From a virus (lineage: Duplodnaviria; Caudoviricetes): a stretch of DNA of 64,000 bases. Position numbers and translations under genes: made by a program. The stretch is taken from IMG/VR virus record IMGVR_UViG_3300012344_000018, positions 32,238-96,237 of that record, one strand, 5' to 3'. This document shows positions 31,490 through 41,308 of this stretch, piece after piece (position 1 is the first letter of the stretch; each line of letters starts with the position of its first letter). The notes beneath the pieces are model-generated. The model saw only the letters and a program-made list of their open reading frames with translations. It searched no databases and was not told where the DNA came from.

Positions 31490-32239
31490 TTATCTTCTTG
31501 GGTCAAAAGTTGAATTATAAAAGAAGTTTCTCCAACCTTCAGCATTATATATTTCATTCTTAACAGAAGCAATAGCTTTACTCTTAAGACTATTCCACTG
31601 AAGAAAAGGATTAGTAACAGGACTATTACTTTTTAAATCATAAACTGGATGCTTACTTCCACGACTGAGATATTTAAAAAGTACATACCAACTAAGAGCT
31701 TCAAGTAAAAGTCCATTATCATATATATAAGGAACATCACAATCATAATATTCGTCATAGTAAGTTACAACTTCATAACTTTCAACTATAATAATATCAG
31801 TATCAAAGTTAAGTTCAATATTGTTTCCAGCTATAACAAAATTTCTATCTATATCTGGATTTATAATATTGCCAACTTTCATAGAATTGACTGGGTTATT
31901 TCCATCAGGTCTAAAAACAGCAATTTCAGAACTAACAGTATCTATACTATTTAGTCCTGAATTACAATTACAAGTAGAACTATTAAGTTCACTTATCTCA
32001 CAACCATTACTATCATATACTTTAATTTCCTTAGCATTAAGAGTACAAGGAAATATAGCAATTCTATTATTAACTTCTAGAGTTCTTTTCTTGCGTTCAG
32101 TAGGAAGTACTTTCATTTGAGAAAGAGCATCTATAACCCAAGCAGCAACTCTAGGAATCCAATCACTTTCACTAATATTAAAGTCATTATCAATCTTTCC
32201 GATTAATCGACTTAATTCTACTCGTTGTTTGATTTTCAT
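31490..32239 (-). CDS. Tail tubular / ring protein (P22 gp4-like, R1)
   Basis: Immediately upstream of the muzzle. Likely start is MKIKQRV at 32239 rather than 32278. Confidence 0.65.
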   Translation of the reverse strand: MKIKQRVELSRLIGKIDNDFNISESDWIPRVAAWVIDALSQMKVLPTERKKRTLEVNNRIAIFPCTLNAKEIKVYDSNGCEISELNSSTCNCNSGLNSIDTVSSEIAVFRPDGNNPVNSMKVGNIINPDIDRNFVIAGNNIELNFDTDIIIVESYEVVTYYDEYYDCDVPYIYDNGLLLEALSWYVLFKYLSRGSKHPVYDLKSNSPVTNPFLQWNSLKSKAIASVKNEIYNAEGWRNFFYNSTFDPRR

Positions 32240-33137
32240 TTCTAATATATTTAGAATAAAGTAATTTATCTGCTTCAAGACAAAGAGTAAGTTTAATCTT
32301 TAAACCTACATCTAGTTTAAGAATTTCATCTTTATTATAATTACATTCTCTAAGCAAATCTTCATTAGTCTTACCATGATATTTATTAGGACGACTATCA
32401 GCCATATCAAGTTTTATACCAATACCATTCTTACAATGACAAGCAAGTAAAGGAATTTCATACCAACATTCATCATGCTTATAAACTCTACAATCAACAC
32501 CATCATAAGGAATATTGTTTTGTTTACACCAATTAGCTTCTTCTTGGTTAAATACTCTAAGACCTTTAGCTTCAATTTCTTTTTTCTTAGCTCTAGTAGC
32601 AGCAAAATCTATAATCTTAACTCTATTTTCATCACTTACTAAAACTCTATTTATACATATCCAACCAAGCTTACCTTGAAACACATAACCTTTACCTTCA
32701 CTTATAAGTTGTCTATGAACTTCATTATAAAAAGTTCTGACTATATTAGTATAATCTTTATATCTAAGATTAAGTATCTTATCAGCTTTATTTATAACTT
32801 GAAGATTTTGATAATATCTTTCTTGATTCTTAGCTAAAAGAAGAAGTTTAAAACAAGCTCCTTTAACTTCAGCATCGTTTCTTTTGTCTTGATAAAGACC
32901 CATAGCTGCATTAAGAAGTCTTCCATTAATATATCTATTTTGTTGAAACTCAGGATATTCAATAATAGGAAGTTTAAACATATCTAGATATTTCATAAGT
33001 TCACTTCTTTTAGTAGTAATCAAATCTTCAAGTCTATCGTTATCAAGTTGAGCTATTTCTTTCTTACGAGTATATACATCTTTAGTATTTAAAAAATACT
33101 CATGTAAACCTATTGGTCTGTCTTTAATTCTAGCCAT
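32190..33137 (-). CDS. Conserved crAss tail-module protein (possible IHF-like family), 315 aa
   Basis: Synteny between ring genes; basic protein with a GYVFQGKLGWICINR segment. Confidence 0.45.
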   Translation of the reverse strand: MARIKDRPIGLHEYFLNTKDVYTRKKEIAQLDNDRLEDLITTKRSELMKYLDMFKLPIIEYPEFQQNRYINGRLLNAAMGLYQDKRNDAEVKGACFKLLLLAKNQERYYQNLQVINKADKILNLRYKDYTNIVRTFYNEVHRQLISEGKGYVFQGKLGWICINRVLVSDENRVKIIDFAATRAKKKEIEAKGLRVFNQEEANWCKQNNIPYDGVDCRVYKHDECWYEIPLLACHCKNGIGIKLDMADSRPNKYHGKTNEDLLRECNYNKDEILKLDVGLKIKLTLCLEADKLLYSKYIRNENQTTSRIKSINRKD

Positions 33138-33140
33138 ACT

Positions 33141-33827
33141 TTAAAATTTTATTGTATTAGGAGTTTCATCAGTCTCACGATGTTGAGAAAGTAAATCTCG
33201 TTTATAAATTATATCTTTAATAGTTCCATACATATCTTCAGGAATAAGATATTCATTATCATCATATAGTAAATTAGTAGAAGTTATTTCTCCATTAGCA
33301 AAACTAATTTCATTAGGATGTTCAAAACAACTCTCAATAACTATTTGATTCAATTCAACAGTCTTTCTACGGGGGGGATATATGTATATATATTCATTTA
33401 TATAATCATAACTGATAGCTCCACAAAGACCAGGTACAGAACTTCTAAATCTAGCAGAAGTTTCTTTAATATAAGGAAACTCTCTATTAGTAGCATAACC
33501 TACAGAACTAACTCTATCAAAAGGTAAATTATTAGTAAGTCTTACAGGTCTAGGAACTTTCTCAGTAGTTCTTTTAATCTTGTCAATAGCAACAAAATCT
33601 TTGACTTCATCAGGTAGAACTATATCACCGTCATTAACTTCAGTTAGAGTAACTCTAAATCTTTGAGTCAATCCTTTATCCACATAACCATGATTCTCAT
33701 AACTTCTTCTAATAACTTCATTACGAGTTTGAACTACTAGAAGTTTTAGATTCTCTCTAAGAGTATGATTATTGGGTTGACCTAGAGAATGAGCTAGCTC
33801 ACTAACCATCATTGCAATACTAGCCAT
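33141..33827 (-). CDS. Tail ring protein (R2-like), 228 aa
   Basis: Synteny and size; C-terminal DDNEYLIPEDM resembles adaptor/ring proteins. Confidence 0.55.
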   Translation of the reverse strand: MASIAMMVSELAHSLGQPNNHTLRENLKLLVVQTRNEVIRRSYENHGYVDKGLTQRFRVTLTEVNDGDIVLPDEVKDFVAIDKIKRTTEKVPRPVRLTNNLPFDRVSSVGYATNREFPYIKETSARFRSSVPGLCGAISYDYINEYIYIYPPRRKTVELNQIVIESCFEHPNEISFANGEITSTNLLYDDNEYLIPEDMYGTIKDIIYKRDLLSQHRETDETPNTIKF

Positions 33828-33870
33828 AGCTTTAACATTATTAGTAATATGAATATTAATAAAACATTAA

Positions 33871-33958
33871 AGCCCCCCCGTAGAAAGACGTTGATGTTTG
33901 GTTTGGATTCTACCAAGAGTTTAACTTCGGTAATCATCAGCATCTTCACGAGGAGGCT
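33871..33958 (-). promoter_or_regulatory. Long structured 5' leader hairpin containing the CTACGGGGGGG motif
   Basis: On the minus strand AGCCTCCTCGT pairs with ACGGGGGGGCT using G-U pairs. GATGCTGATG/CATCAACGTC and an inner TACCGAAG/CTTGGTA stem extend it. Confidence 0.55.
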
Positions 33959-34074
33959 TATCAACTAAAGCTTCATCATCAACATCATGTTAATTATAAG
34001 CTTCATTAGTATCAATCTGATTAATATTATATTTATTAGTTATTTGATGTCTTTTGATGTTTCTTTAGCAAGGA

Positions 34075-34106
34075 CAAAAATATTGATTTTGTCAATATCA
34101 TGCAAA
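34075..34106 (-). promoter_or_regulatory. Bacteroidota sigma-A-type promoter for the ring/muzzle/cargo operon
   Basis: TTTG-N20-TATTTTTG matches the -33/-7 consensus TTTG-N19-21-TAnnTTTG. An ATATTGA/TCAATAT palindrome at 34080-34098 overlaps the -7 element and the spacer. Confidence 0.6.
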
Positions 34107-34272
34107 TACTTGTCACTTTGATAGACATATCTGTGTGCGCACACAAAACGTGTCATTAACACTTGACGATTAATTAATCGACCTGATAATTAGAATGTTG
34201 TAGTGAACGTTATATCAAGCCAACTAAATAAAAATAAATAAACTAAATCATTAGCACGAATATCATTATTAC

Positions 34273-34307
34273 AAAAAGTGCTACTACTATCACTAGCAGC
34301 AGCACTT
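34273..34307 (-). terminator. Intrinsic terminator after the DGR RT
   Basis: AAGTGCTGCTGCTA/TAGTAGTAGCACTT stem followed by T-run. Confidence 0.75.
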
Positions 34308-34345
34308 AAAGCAAAAACAAAACCTAAACCAACATCATTATTATC

Positions 34346-35512
34346 TCAATTATTACGAATACCTCTTTTTCTTCTAACTTTTCTTTTATGTTTAATAGTA
34401 ACTTTATTATTTTGATTATTATCTTCAACTTTATTAATTAAATCTGATAATATATTATAAATCTTATTTCTTTTATAACCATAAGTCATATTAAGACAAG
34501 CAGTTAAAAGTCTTTTACAATCTCCGGCACTAAGCCAACCATAGTAAGAAGGAATTATTCTGCGTACTTTAATAGTACTAATTTTACCTTTAGTATATTC
34601 AGAAATAACTTTCTTAAATCTAAGTTTAATTCTCTTTCTAACTTTAGTATATCTATGAGTAAAAACATAACCTATAAAATCAATAGGACGTTTATCTACT
34701 GGGGCTATACAATAATTAGGCTTAACTTCTAAATGAAGAACTTCTTTAACATAAAGTTTAATACATATAAGTACCTTGTGAAGATAATCTTTACTAGGAT
34801 GAAATATAAGTATATCATCGGCATATCTAAAAACGTATTTAATCTTTAGTTCTTCTTTAATCCATCTATCAAGAGAAGTAAGATAAAGATTACATTCATA
34901 TCCACTAGGATAATTACCTAGAGGAAGACCACTAACATCTTTAGTATATTTATCTTCACCTTCATAAGTAAAAGAATCTATTATTTCATATAGAATATCA
35001 AGTACTTTTTTATCTTTAATTTTATGATTAATAATGCTTTTGAGTATATCATGACTTATATTAGGATAAAACTTTCTAATATCAAGTTTAAGATAATATT
35101 GAGTTTCATTACTATCTTTAGTTTTACGAAGAGTTTTTTCAACAGCTTTTTTACAAGCATGAATACCTCTACCTTGAATATTAGCATAAGTAAATGAAAC
35201 CATTCTACTAACCCAAATAGGTTTAAGAATATTCATTATAGCATGATGAGCAATTCTATCAGGATAATAAGGAAGTTTACTTATGATTCTTTTCTTAGGC
35301 TCATAAATAATATCATTTTTATAATCTGAAGTTTTATAAGTACCGTTAATTAAAGAAGCAAGAAGAAATAAATCTTCTTGCTTTCTATTTTCATCATGTT
35401 CTTCGATAAACTTTCTAGAACCAGTTTTTCCAACTCTAGCTTGATTATCAGCAAGAGCAATATTTTTGACAGTACAAATATCTTCATGTATATGTCCAAT
35501 TCTTTTAACCAT
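34346..35512 (-). CDS. DGR reverse transcriptase (~388 aa)
   Basis: Motifs PKKRII..PYYPDRIAHHAI, GRGIH, YLKLDIRKFY, GLPLGNYPSG, RYADD and IDFIGY. Likely start is MVKRIG at 35512; the longer ORF-track N-terminus is the TR read in an alternative frame. Confidence 0.92.
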   Translation of the reverse strand: MVKRIGHIHEDICTVKNIALADNQARVGKTGSRKFIEEHDENRKQEDLFLLASLINGTYKTSDYKNDIIYEPKKRIISKLPYYPDRIAHHAIMNILKPIWVSRMVSFTYANIQGRGIHACKKAVEKTLRKTKDSNETQYYLKLDIRKFYPNISHDILKSIINHKIKDKKVLDILYEIIDSFTYEGEDKYTKDVSGLPLGNYPSGYECNLYLTSLDRWIKEELKIKYVFRYADDILIFHPSKDYLHKVLICIKLYVKEVLHLEVKPNYCIAPVDKRPIDFIGYVFTHRYTKVRKRIKLRFKKVISEYTKGKISTIKVRRIIPSYYGWLSAGDCKRLLTACLNMTYGYKRNKIYNILSDLINKVEDNNQNNKVTIKHKRKVRRKRGIRNN

Positions 35513-35660
35513 ATCTTTATAATTAAAATGTTCTCTATTACATACTTTCCAACTTGAATACGAGACAAGCGTACTAGCACTTTTACTAGATGTATATCTT
35601 TTGTCAAGAGACAAGGAATAATCACTCCATTTAATTATTTTCGGTATTTCAACCGTAGAA

Positions 35661-35762
35661 CATTTTAGTAAAACCATTATTAGCCTTAGCGTTACTAACG
35701 GCATTATTAGCATTAAGGTAAAGAAGACTAATTCGAGACTCATTGTCAGTCTGACTACTATT
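35661..35762 (-). repeat. DGR template repeat (TR)
   Basis: 102-bp ungapped match to 36013-36114. Of 27 mismatches, 26 are at TR adenines. Rich in AAT/AGT triplets. Confidence 0.95.
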
Positions 35763-35994
35763 AGTAATTCAATTAATTGTTTACGTAGGAACAACATTCC
35801 CAATAGCAATTAAATGTACTTGCCCAACTAATCGGTTTTTTGGTGATTATCCTATTACATTTTGTATATTTAGAACTATCTCAATTTTAAACTATAACAC
35901 CGTTTATAATCGTTCCATTACAAATCTCATTTTATAGATTGACACGTTCAATACAATATGTAACTTAATATCGTTTAATCATACAATTATCAAT

Positions 35995-38580
35995 TTAATC
36001 ATCTAATATGGTCACCTTAGCAAAACCACCATCAGCCCCAGCGCGACCAACGGCAGAATAAGCATAAAGGCAAAGAAGACCAATGCGAAACTCACCGTCA
36101 GCCCGACCACCAGCATAAGTTGTGTGAATACTTTGGTCTATATAATTCCAATGATAACTATTCTTATAAGAAGTATAACTACTTATCTTACTAGGAACTA
36201 TATCACCTTTATTATTTACTTTTATTTCTTGTAGCCAATTTTCATTTACATTACCAAGACCCTCTATTTGATGTTCTTTGTTATCAATATTATTATCAAA
36301 CTTAGTAATATCATCAGTATAGTACCATATTCTCTTTTGCTTAGTACTATCATATTTAGTCAACATATTATCTACATTAATCCAAATATCTCCATACCAA
36401 AAAACATTAAAACCTCTCCAATGAGGAACAGTCCAAGCAACTTGATTTTGTATAATATTATAAGCAGGAGAAGTAACAATTTCAATAACTATATTACAAT
36501 CAGTTTGAAGTTTACCAAAATAAAGTTTTCTTTGATTATTACCAGTACCCCATTCTACATCATAAGTACCATCAGCAGTAATTGTTAGATTACCTTTTTC
36601 TCTTCTAAATACCACAGTTTGACCATCAGTTAATCCTGTAATCTTGTATGTAGTAGTACCACCAACAGCATTAGCATTAACATATATATTCCAATCTGTA
36701 GTTTGAATTTTAGTACTAGTTATAGTAAGAGTTTTATTATCAGTACTTCTAGTTGCTGTAATTCTACTGGTTGTATCATAATTATTCCAATAATGATTAG
36801 CAGAAACTGGAATTGTCCATTGTCTAGCAGCTCTAGCTTTAACACCAGTATTATTGCCTAATTCAAGAGTATAATCGTTAGGAACAAACTTTTCATTATT
36901 ATTGTAATTATTTAAATCGGTTCTTCCTTGTATTCCAGCACCTAAACCTCCTTGATGATAACCTTCATTAGTAAGACTAGCATTATATCCTTTCTTTACA
37001 TCAAAGTCAGCATATTCAATAATATAAGCCCAAACAATAGCTTCCCAAATTTGTTTATACAACATTTGACCACCATCAGTTTTTTGACTATATTGTCTCA
37101 TAGTAGCTAAAGGAAGATTAGTTCTAGCTTTACCTAATTGACATCTAAAAGAATCAATAGAACGCCATTTGTCTTTATTAGAATCATTAATTCCACCTCT
37201 AATATTAGTTTGATAATTAATAACATTTACAGCAGTATTAGAAGCTAAAGTACCAATCCATCCCCATTTAGAATTATTAAAAGCAGAATTAAGAACACAA
37301 GCTCTATCTATACCAATTATATGTCTCTTAATTTCTCTAGCATAAGAAACACACTTATAAAGACTTTGCCAAAGTTCATTACCTTCACCATCATTATCTT
37401 TAGACCATTGATAGAACTTACCACCAGTATCAACGCCTATCTCTCCATCATAACCATTAATAGAACAACCAAGTTCAACATTATATGTATTTGAAGCAAA
37501 AGTATAGCTACTTTCAAGATAAGCAGTTTTAGTATCAACGTCAATTTTAGTTATTCTACAAACAGCATCTTTAACTGTTTCATCAGAACTATTTACTTTG
37601 ACAAAACCATAAAGATACTTATAATCTGCAAACATATCATCAGTTACTGTGTGACGAAGTTTAACTTCAGTGTCAGTATCTTCAAGTATAGCAGATTGAG
37701 GTTCATCTAAAAGAACAATAGGAAGTTCTTTAACATAACCAGTGTTATCTTCTCTAAATCTACTATCATTAGGATGACAATAATATTGAATCTCTTTACC
37801 TTTATGAATACAAACTTTAAATCTACTTTGAATAGGAAGAGTCTTATGAAGTTCTAGATTGCCAATACGTTCACAAACAGTAGTAGCTTTGTTTACAGAA
37901 TCCCAACGAACACCATAAGCAAGTTTATTAATACTAGCCCATAGAACTTTACCATCTTTATCTTCTATTTTAGTAACATTACCTTCAGGTATTTGAATAG
38001 ATGTAACTTGATTAAAACTTATGAACTCTTTACCAATTGTCCCTTGAGCATTATAAAATTTGTCATTTACGACATCATATAATCCTACAATATTATCAGA
38101 TATACGTATAACAGGAATTAAATTATAAGTTATACTTTCTCTTTCTTTTATTATAACTTTATGTATTCTAAGTCCAACAATATCAGTACCTTGATATGGA
38201 ATATAACCATTATTTACATTGTTATTAGTATAAGGAATTGTAGCGCATAAAATATTATTAACATAAATTTCTCCTTTACTTATATCATTAACTACAATTC
38301 TTGCTAAATTAGTACCAAGTTTATTTGAAATATTACCATTATTGGTACTACTATTAATCCAAGTCATAATAGTATTTTTATTAAAACCAATAAGCCAATA
38401 ATTTCTACTATATATAAATCCTAATACTTTTTGAGTATTCCCATAAGTTTCTACATTATCAGATATAATAATATCAAAAGAAGCATTTTTAGTAAATGCA
38501 ATATTATTAATTATATATTTGTTAATATTATCTTTTGTCAGTTCTATATATTGAAGTTCTCTATACAAACTTTTATCCAT
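35995..38580 (-). CDS. DGR target: tail fibre / receptor-binding protein with a C-terminal variable (CLec-like) domain, 861 aa
   Basis: C-terminal GGRAD..IGLLCL....VGRAGADGGF is encoded by the VR. N-terminal lectin-like module (LIPVIR..VGLYDVV) and YGVRWD..RIGN fibre segment. AAGGAGG lies upstream of the ATG. Confidence 0.88.
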   Translation of the reverse strand: MDKSLYRELQYIELTKDNINKYIINNIAFTKNASFDIIISDNVETYGNTQKVLGFIYSRNYWLIGFNKNTIMTWINSSTNNGNISNKLGTNLARIVVNDISKGEIYVNNILCATIPYTNNNVNNGYIPYQGTDIVGLRIHKVIIKERESITYNLIPVIRISDNIVGLYDVVNDKFYNAQGTIGKEFISFNQVTSIQIPEGNVTKIEDKDGKVLWASINKLAYGVRWDSVNKATTVCERIGNLELHKTLPIQSRFKVCIHKGKEIQYYCHPNDSRFREDNTGYVKELPIVLLDEPQSAILEDTDTEVKLRHTVTDDMFADYKYLYGFVKVNSSDETVKDAVCRITKIDVDTKTAYLESSYTFASNTYNVELGCSINGYDGEIGVDTGGKFYQWSKDNDGEGNELWQSLYKCVSYAREIKRHIIGIDRACVLNSAFNNSKWGWIGTLASNTAVNVINYQTNIRGGINDSNKDKWRSIDSFRCQLGKARTNLPLATMRQYSQKTDGGQMLYKQIWEAIVWAYIIEYADFDVKKGYNASLTNEGYHQGGLGAGIQGRTDLNNYNNNEKFVPNDYTLELGNNTGVKARAARQWTIPVSANHYWNNYDTTSRITATRSTDNKTLTITSTKIQTTDWNIYVNANAVGGTTTYKITGLTDGQTVVFRREKGNLTITADGTYDVEWGTGNNQRKLYFGKLQTDCNIVIEIVTSPAYNIIQNQVAWTVPHWRGFNVFWYGDIWINVDNMLTKYDSTKQKRIWYYTDDITKFDNNIDNKEHQIEGLGNVNENWLQEIKVNNKGDIVPSKISSYTSYKNSYHWNYIDQSIHTTYAGGRADGEFRIGLLCLYAYSAVGRAGADGGFAKVTILDD
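36013..36114 (-). repeat. DGR variable repeat (VR)
   Basis: Adenine-specific differences from the TR; locally GC-rich; at the 3' end of the target gene. Confidence 0.95.
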
Positions 38581-38589
38581 ATTACCTCC

Positions 38590-39333
38590 TTAAGCTCCAG
38601 CTTCACTAGTTGTTGTACTAATTACTCTAATAGATTTAGTCACTTGAGTTCCATCTTCTAAAGTAAAAATAAAGTTTTCAGGAGAACCAATATCAGTTAA
38701 TTTAGCATAACCACTTAAATCAGGTTCAGCTTTAAACTCACCAACTTTCTCCCATTTCTTAGTAGTTTTAATATAAATATATTCATTATATTTATTATCA
38801 TCAGCTGTACTAGATGTATTTTTTTTACAATATATCTTACCTTGTATTTTAGATTCATCAGTAGGAAGTTCTTCATTATCCCCTAGAATAACAAATACTT
38901 CTGTATTAGGATTAGTCAAATCCACATCAATACCAGCAGCTACAGAACCGTCAGCAGCAATAGTATAAGGTTTTGCAGTACCACCAGCAGTAATAATAAA
39001 CGCAGCACCTCCAACACCATCATTCCAAGAAGCAGTACCAAAACCATAATTAATATCTGCAAAGAAAGAATCATGACTAGTAACAGTTTTAAGTTTAGCA
39101 AGGTTTCTAGACTTAACTCCTTCATCATTACCTATTTCAAGAGCTACAGCTCCAAGAGTAGAACCAAGACTAGTAAGAATACTACCTACTTCTTTATCTA
39201 AAGAATCAATCTTCTCTTGAATCTCTTGACGACCCTCACCAGCAGCATAACCTAAAGCTGTTCTAAGAATATTCTTATGCTCAGGAGACATATCCCGAGC
39301 ATCAACCATACGATTAATATCACTTTGTTTCAT
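38590..39333 (-). CDS. Putative fibre/structural protein (247 aa)
   Basis: YNEYIY..KWEKVG..DLSGY segment typical of phage fibre repeats; adjacent to the DGR target. Confidence 0.5.
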   Translation of the reverse strand: MKQSDINRMVDARDMSPEHKNILRTALGYAAGEGRQEIQEKIDSLDKEVGSILTSLGSTLGAVALEIGNDEGVKSRNLAKLKTVTSHDSFFADINYGFGTASWNDGVGGAAFIITAGGTAKPYTIAADGSVAAGIDVDLTNPNTEVFVILGDNEELPTDESKIQGKIYCKKNTSSTADDNKYNEYIYIKTTKKWEKVGEFKAEPDLSGYAKLTDIGSPENFIFTLEDGTQVTKSIRVISTTTSEAGA

Positions 39334-39352
39334 AACTAGTTAAGAATTAAAA

Positions 39353-39673
39353 TTAATTTAAACGTTTATCAATATCTTTATAATCATATCCAAACTTAGC
39401 AAGTACTGGCTTTATAATCCAACTCCAACTTACAGGAGCAATTATAGCTGAATTAACAATAAGTTTAATATCAGTACCTATAGCATAATAAACTATTCCA
39501 ACAGCAGCCATACTTATAAGCAAAAGAACTCTTTTCATAGTTCTTGTAATATTACCTTTAGCTATATCTATAAAACAAGTAATAAATAGATAAGCTAAAA
39601 CATTTACTACTATACAATAACTAAAATCAAAACTAGTAGTAAGATTTCTAATAACATCTTCTATTATATCCAT
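39353..39673 (-). CDS. Small multi-pass membrane protein, holin-like (106 aa)
   Basis: About 3 hydrophobic segments and a charged C-terminus; TATATTTG -7 element at 39696-39703. Confidence 0.5.
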   Translation of the reverse strand: MDIIEDVIRNLTTSFDFSYCIVVNVLAYLFITCFIDIAKGNITRTMKRVLLLISMAAVGIVYYAIGTDIKLIVNSAIIAPVSWSWIIKPVLAKFGYDYKDIDKRLN

Positions 39674-39764
39674 AGCACAATAATTAATTTTTCTACAAAT
39701 ATATTAATCAACATCACTAGCATCATCATTAGCATCAATATTTTAACTATCTATTTAACCAAAT

Positions 39765-39799
39765 AAAAAAGTGCTTATTACTGATAGTAACAAGCACTT
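39765..39799 (-). terminator. Intrinsic terminator ending the accessory cassette
   Basis: AAGTGCTTGTTAC/GTAATAAGCACTT stem followed by T-run. Confidence 0.75.
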
Positions 39800-39804
39800 A
39801 ATCA

Positions 39805-40224
39805 TTATCTACATTCATACCAATCTATAGGAATACCTTTATGAACCATATCTGCATACCAACGATTAAAAGGAAGTCCATCATAACCATCAATATCATT
39901 GATAACGTCATTAACATATTTAGTTAAATGATTTTCGTCAGGAATACTACTTCCTAGATAGTCAGCTTTACCCATGTTTATAACAAATAAAGCATCATAA
40001 ATATAATCAGAATCAATATGAATATTATTTTCTTTAAGTAAATCTTGAAGATGTTCTTTAGTAATAACAGCTAAAGGAACTTCATTATTATTAGAATCTC
40101 TAGTTGTCATTTTACTAATAGCAAATTCAGCTAGACGTCTATTAAAATGTCTTCCGTTATATCTAAGATAAATCATCATATCTTCAGGAAGTTCATCATA
40201 TTGGTCAAAAGAAGTTTTAGTCAT
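39805..40224 (-). CDS. Hypothetical protein, accessory cassette gene 5 (139 aa)
   Basis: Protein-like ORF (YGxHF-like YNGRHFN, NMGKADYLGSSI, FNRWYADM). Confidence 0.7.
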   Translation of the reverse strand: MTKTSFDQYDELPEDMMIYLRYNGRHFNRRLAEFAISKMTTRDSNNNEVPLAVITKEHLQDLLKENNIHIDSDYIYDALFVINMGKADYLGSSIPDENHLTKYVNDVINDIDGYDGLPFNRWYADMVHKGIPIDWYECR

Positions 40225-40287
40225 AACTTTAGTATTAGAACCCCCACGTAGAAGGACTGTAGATGTTCTTCTACGGGCGGGCTTTAT

Positions 40288-40506
40288 TTAATAATCATAT
40301 CTTCCACGACGACTTCTTTCTCTATCTCTATCATCGTCATCATAACGACTTCTTCTACGAGAATCATAATCGTAATCGTCATAATCGTCTTTACGTTCAC
40401 AACTATCAATAGCTTCTTCAAGCTCTTGAATTTCTATTCTCATTTTATGAAGTTTCTCCTTCATTTCGGAGAGTGACTTCTTTCCTGTCTTTATCATAAT
40501 CATCAT
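40288..40506 (-). CDS. Small highly charged protein, cassette gene 4 (72 aa)
   Basis: Coiled-coil N-terminus followed by a D/Y/R-rich tail. Confidence 0.7.
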   Translation of the reverse strand: MMIMIKTGKKSLSEMKEKLHKMRIEIQELEEAIDSCERKDDYDDYDYDSRRRSRYDDDDRDRERSRRGRYDY

Positions 40507-40510
40507 AATT

Positions 40511-40981
40511 TTATTTATTAATTACAGCATCTAGAATTTTAGCTATATCTGCTTTCATTCCAGCAACTTCATTTTTAATACCTACTATTTCTTCATCACG
40601 AGCTTTATCTTTAGCATATTGTGGATTGAGTTCTTTAAGAACTTCTTCACATTGAGTAATTTGAAGTTTATATTTATCAATATGTTCTATAACATAATTA
40701 GCATTGTGAAGAGTAGATTCTACTTCAGATTGAATAGCTTGTTTGGTTTCAGCGATAACTAATTTACCATTATTATAAGAAACTATAGTTGCGGCACTTG
40801 GAACATTATTATATTCAGCAACATTTCCGTTTACTTTAATAGATAGTTTCATAACCATTCCTGAACCATCAATAGAATATTGAGGAACAGTAGTTCCAAC
40901 AATCTCTCCAATACTAAACTTAACACCATTAGTCTTATCTAGAATATAAACAAGACTACCTTGACTTAAAGCTGAAAACAT
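40511..40981 (-). CDS. Hypothetical protein with C-terminal coiled coil, cassette gene 3 (156 aa)
   Basis: ORF coupled to the upstream gene by a TAATG overlap. Confidence 0.75.
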   Translation of the reverse strand: MFSALSQGSLVYILDKTNGVKFSIGEIVGTTVPQYSIDGSGMVMKLSIKVNGNVAEYNNVPSAATIVSYNNGKLVIAETKQAIQSEVESTLHNANYVIEHIDKYKLQITQCEEVLKELNPQYAKDKARDEEIVGIKNEVAGMKADIAKILDAVINK

Positions 40982-41295
40982 TATACCACGAGTTGAAGTT
41001 TATTATTTTGTTTATCAAATACTACAATGTGAAGTCCTTCAGTAAGAGAAGTTAAAGCTTCACCATTACTAGCTAGAAGAGGAAGAGTAACATTATTAAC
41101 TGACATTTCAAAGCCAGTTGCAGTAGTTGTAGCTGCACTAAAATTAATAACCATAATACCAGCAACACCCATAGCTCTGAATGTATGATTAGGCATACTA
41201 AAAACAGCATTAGCAGTAGAACTGCCAGCAGTCGTTTGAGTAGCAGCTACTAAAGGAATACCGCCACGATTACCAATGTATTCATTATAAGCCAT
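40981..41295 (-). CDS. Small beta-rich hypothetical protein, cassette gene 2 (104 aa)
   Basis: Start MAYNEY at 41295, preceded by AAGGAGG. Confidence 0.7.
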   Translation of the reverse strand: MAYNEYIGNRGGIPLVAATQTTAGSSTANAVFSMPNHTFRAMGVAGIMVINFSAATTTATGFEMSVNNVTLPLLASNGEALTSLTEGLHIVVFDKQNNKLQLVV

Positions 41296-41308
41296 AACAT
41301 TTCCTCCT

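Larger units (their letters stand above)
34346..38580 (-). mobile_element. Diversity-generating retroelement (target/VR - TR - RT)
   Basis: RT plus a TR/VR pair with A-specific mismatches. Confidence 0.93.

Noticed and set aside
34346-35512. RT as a group II intron or retron
   Set aside because: The TR/VR pair with adenine-specific mismatches identifies a DGR; no maturase/HNH domain or interrupted host gene is apparent
35513-35809. Hydrophobic 99-aa N-terminal extension of the RT in the ORF track
   Set aside because: It is the TR and spacer read in an alternative frame; RT-like sequence begins at MVKRIG (35512)
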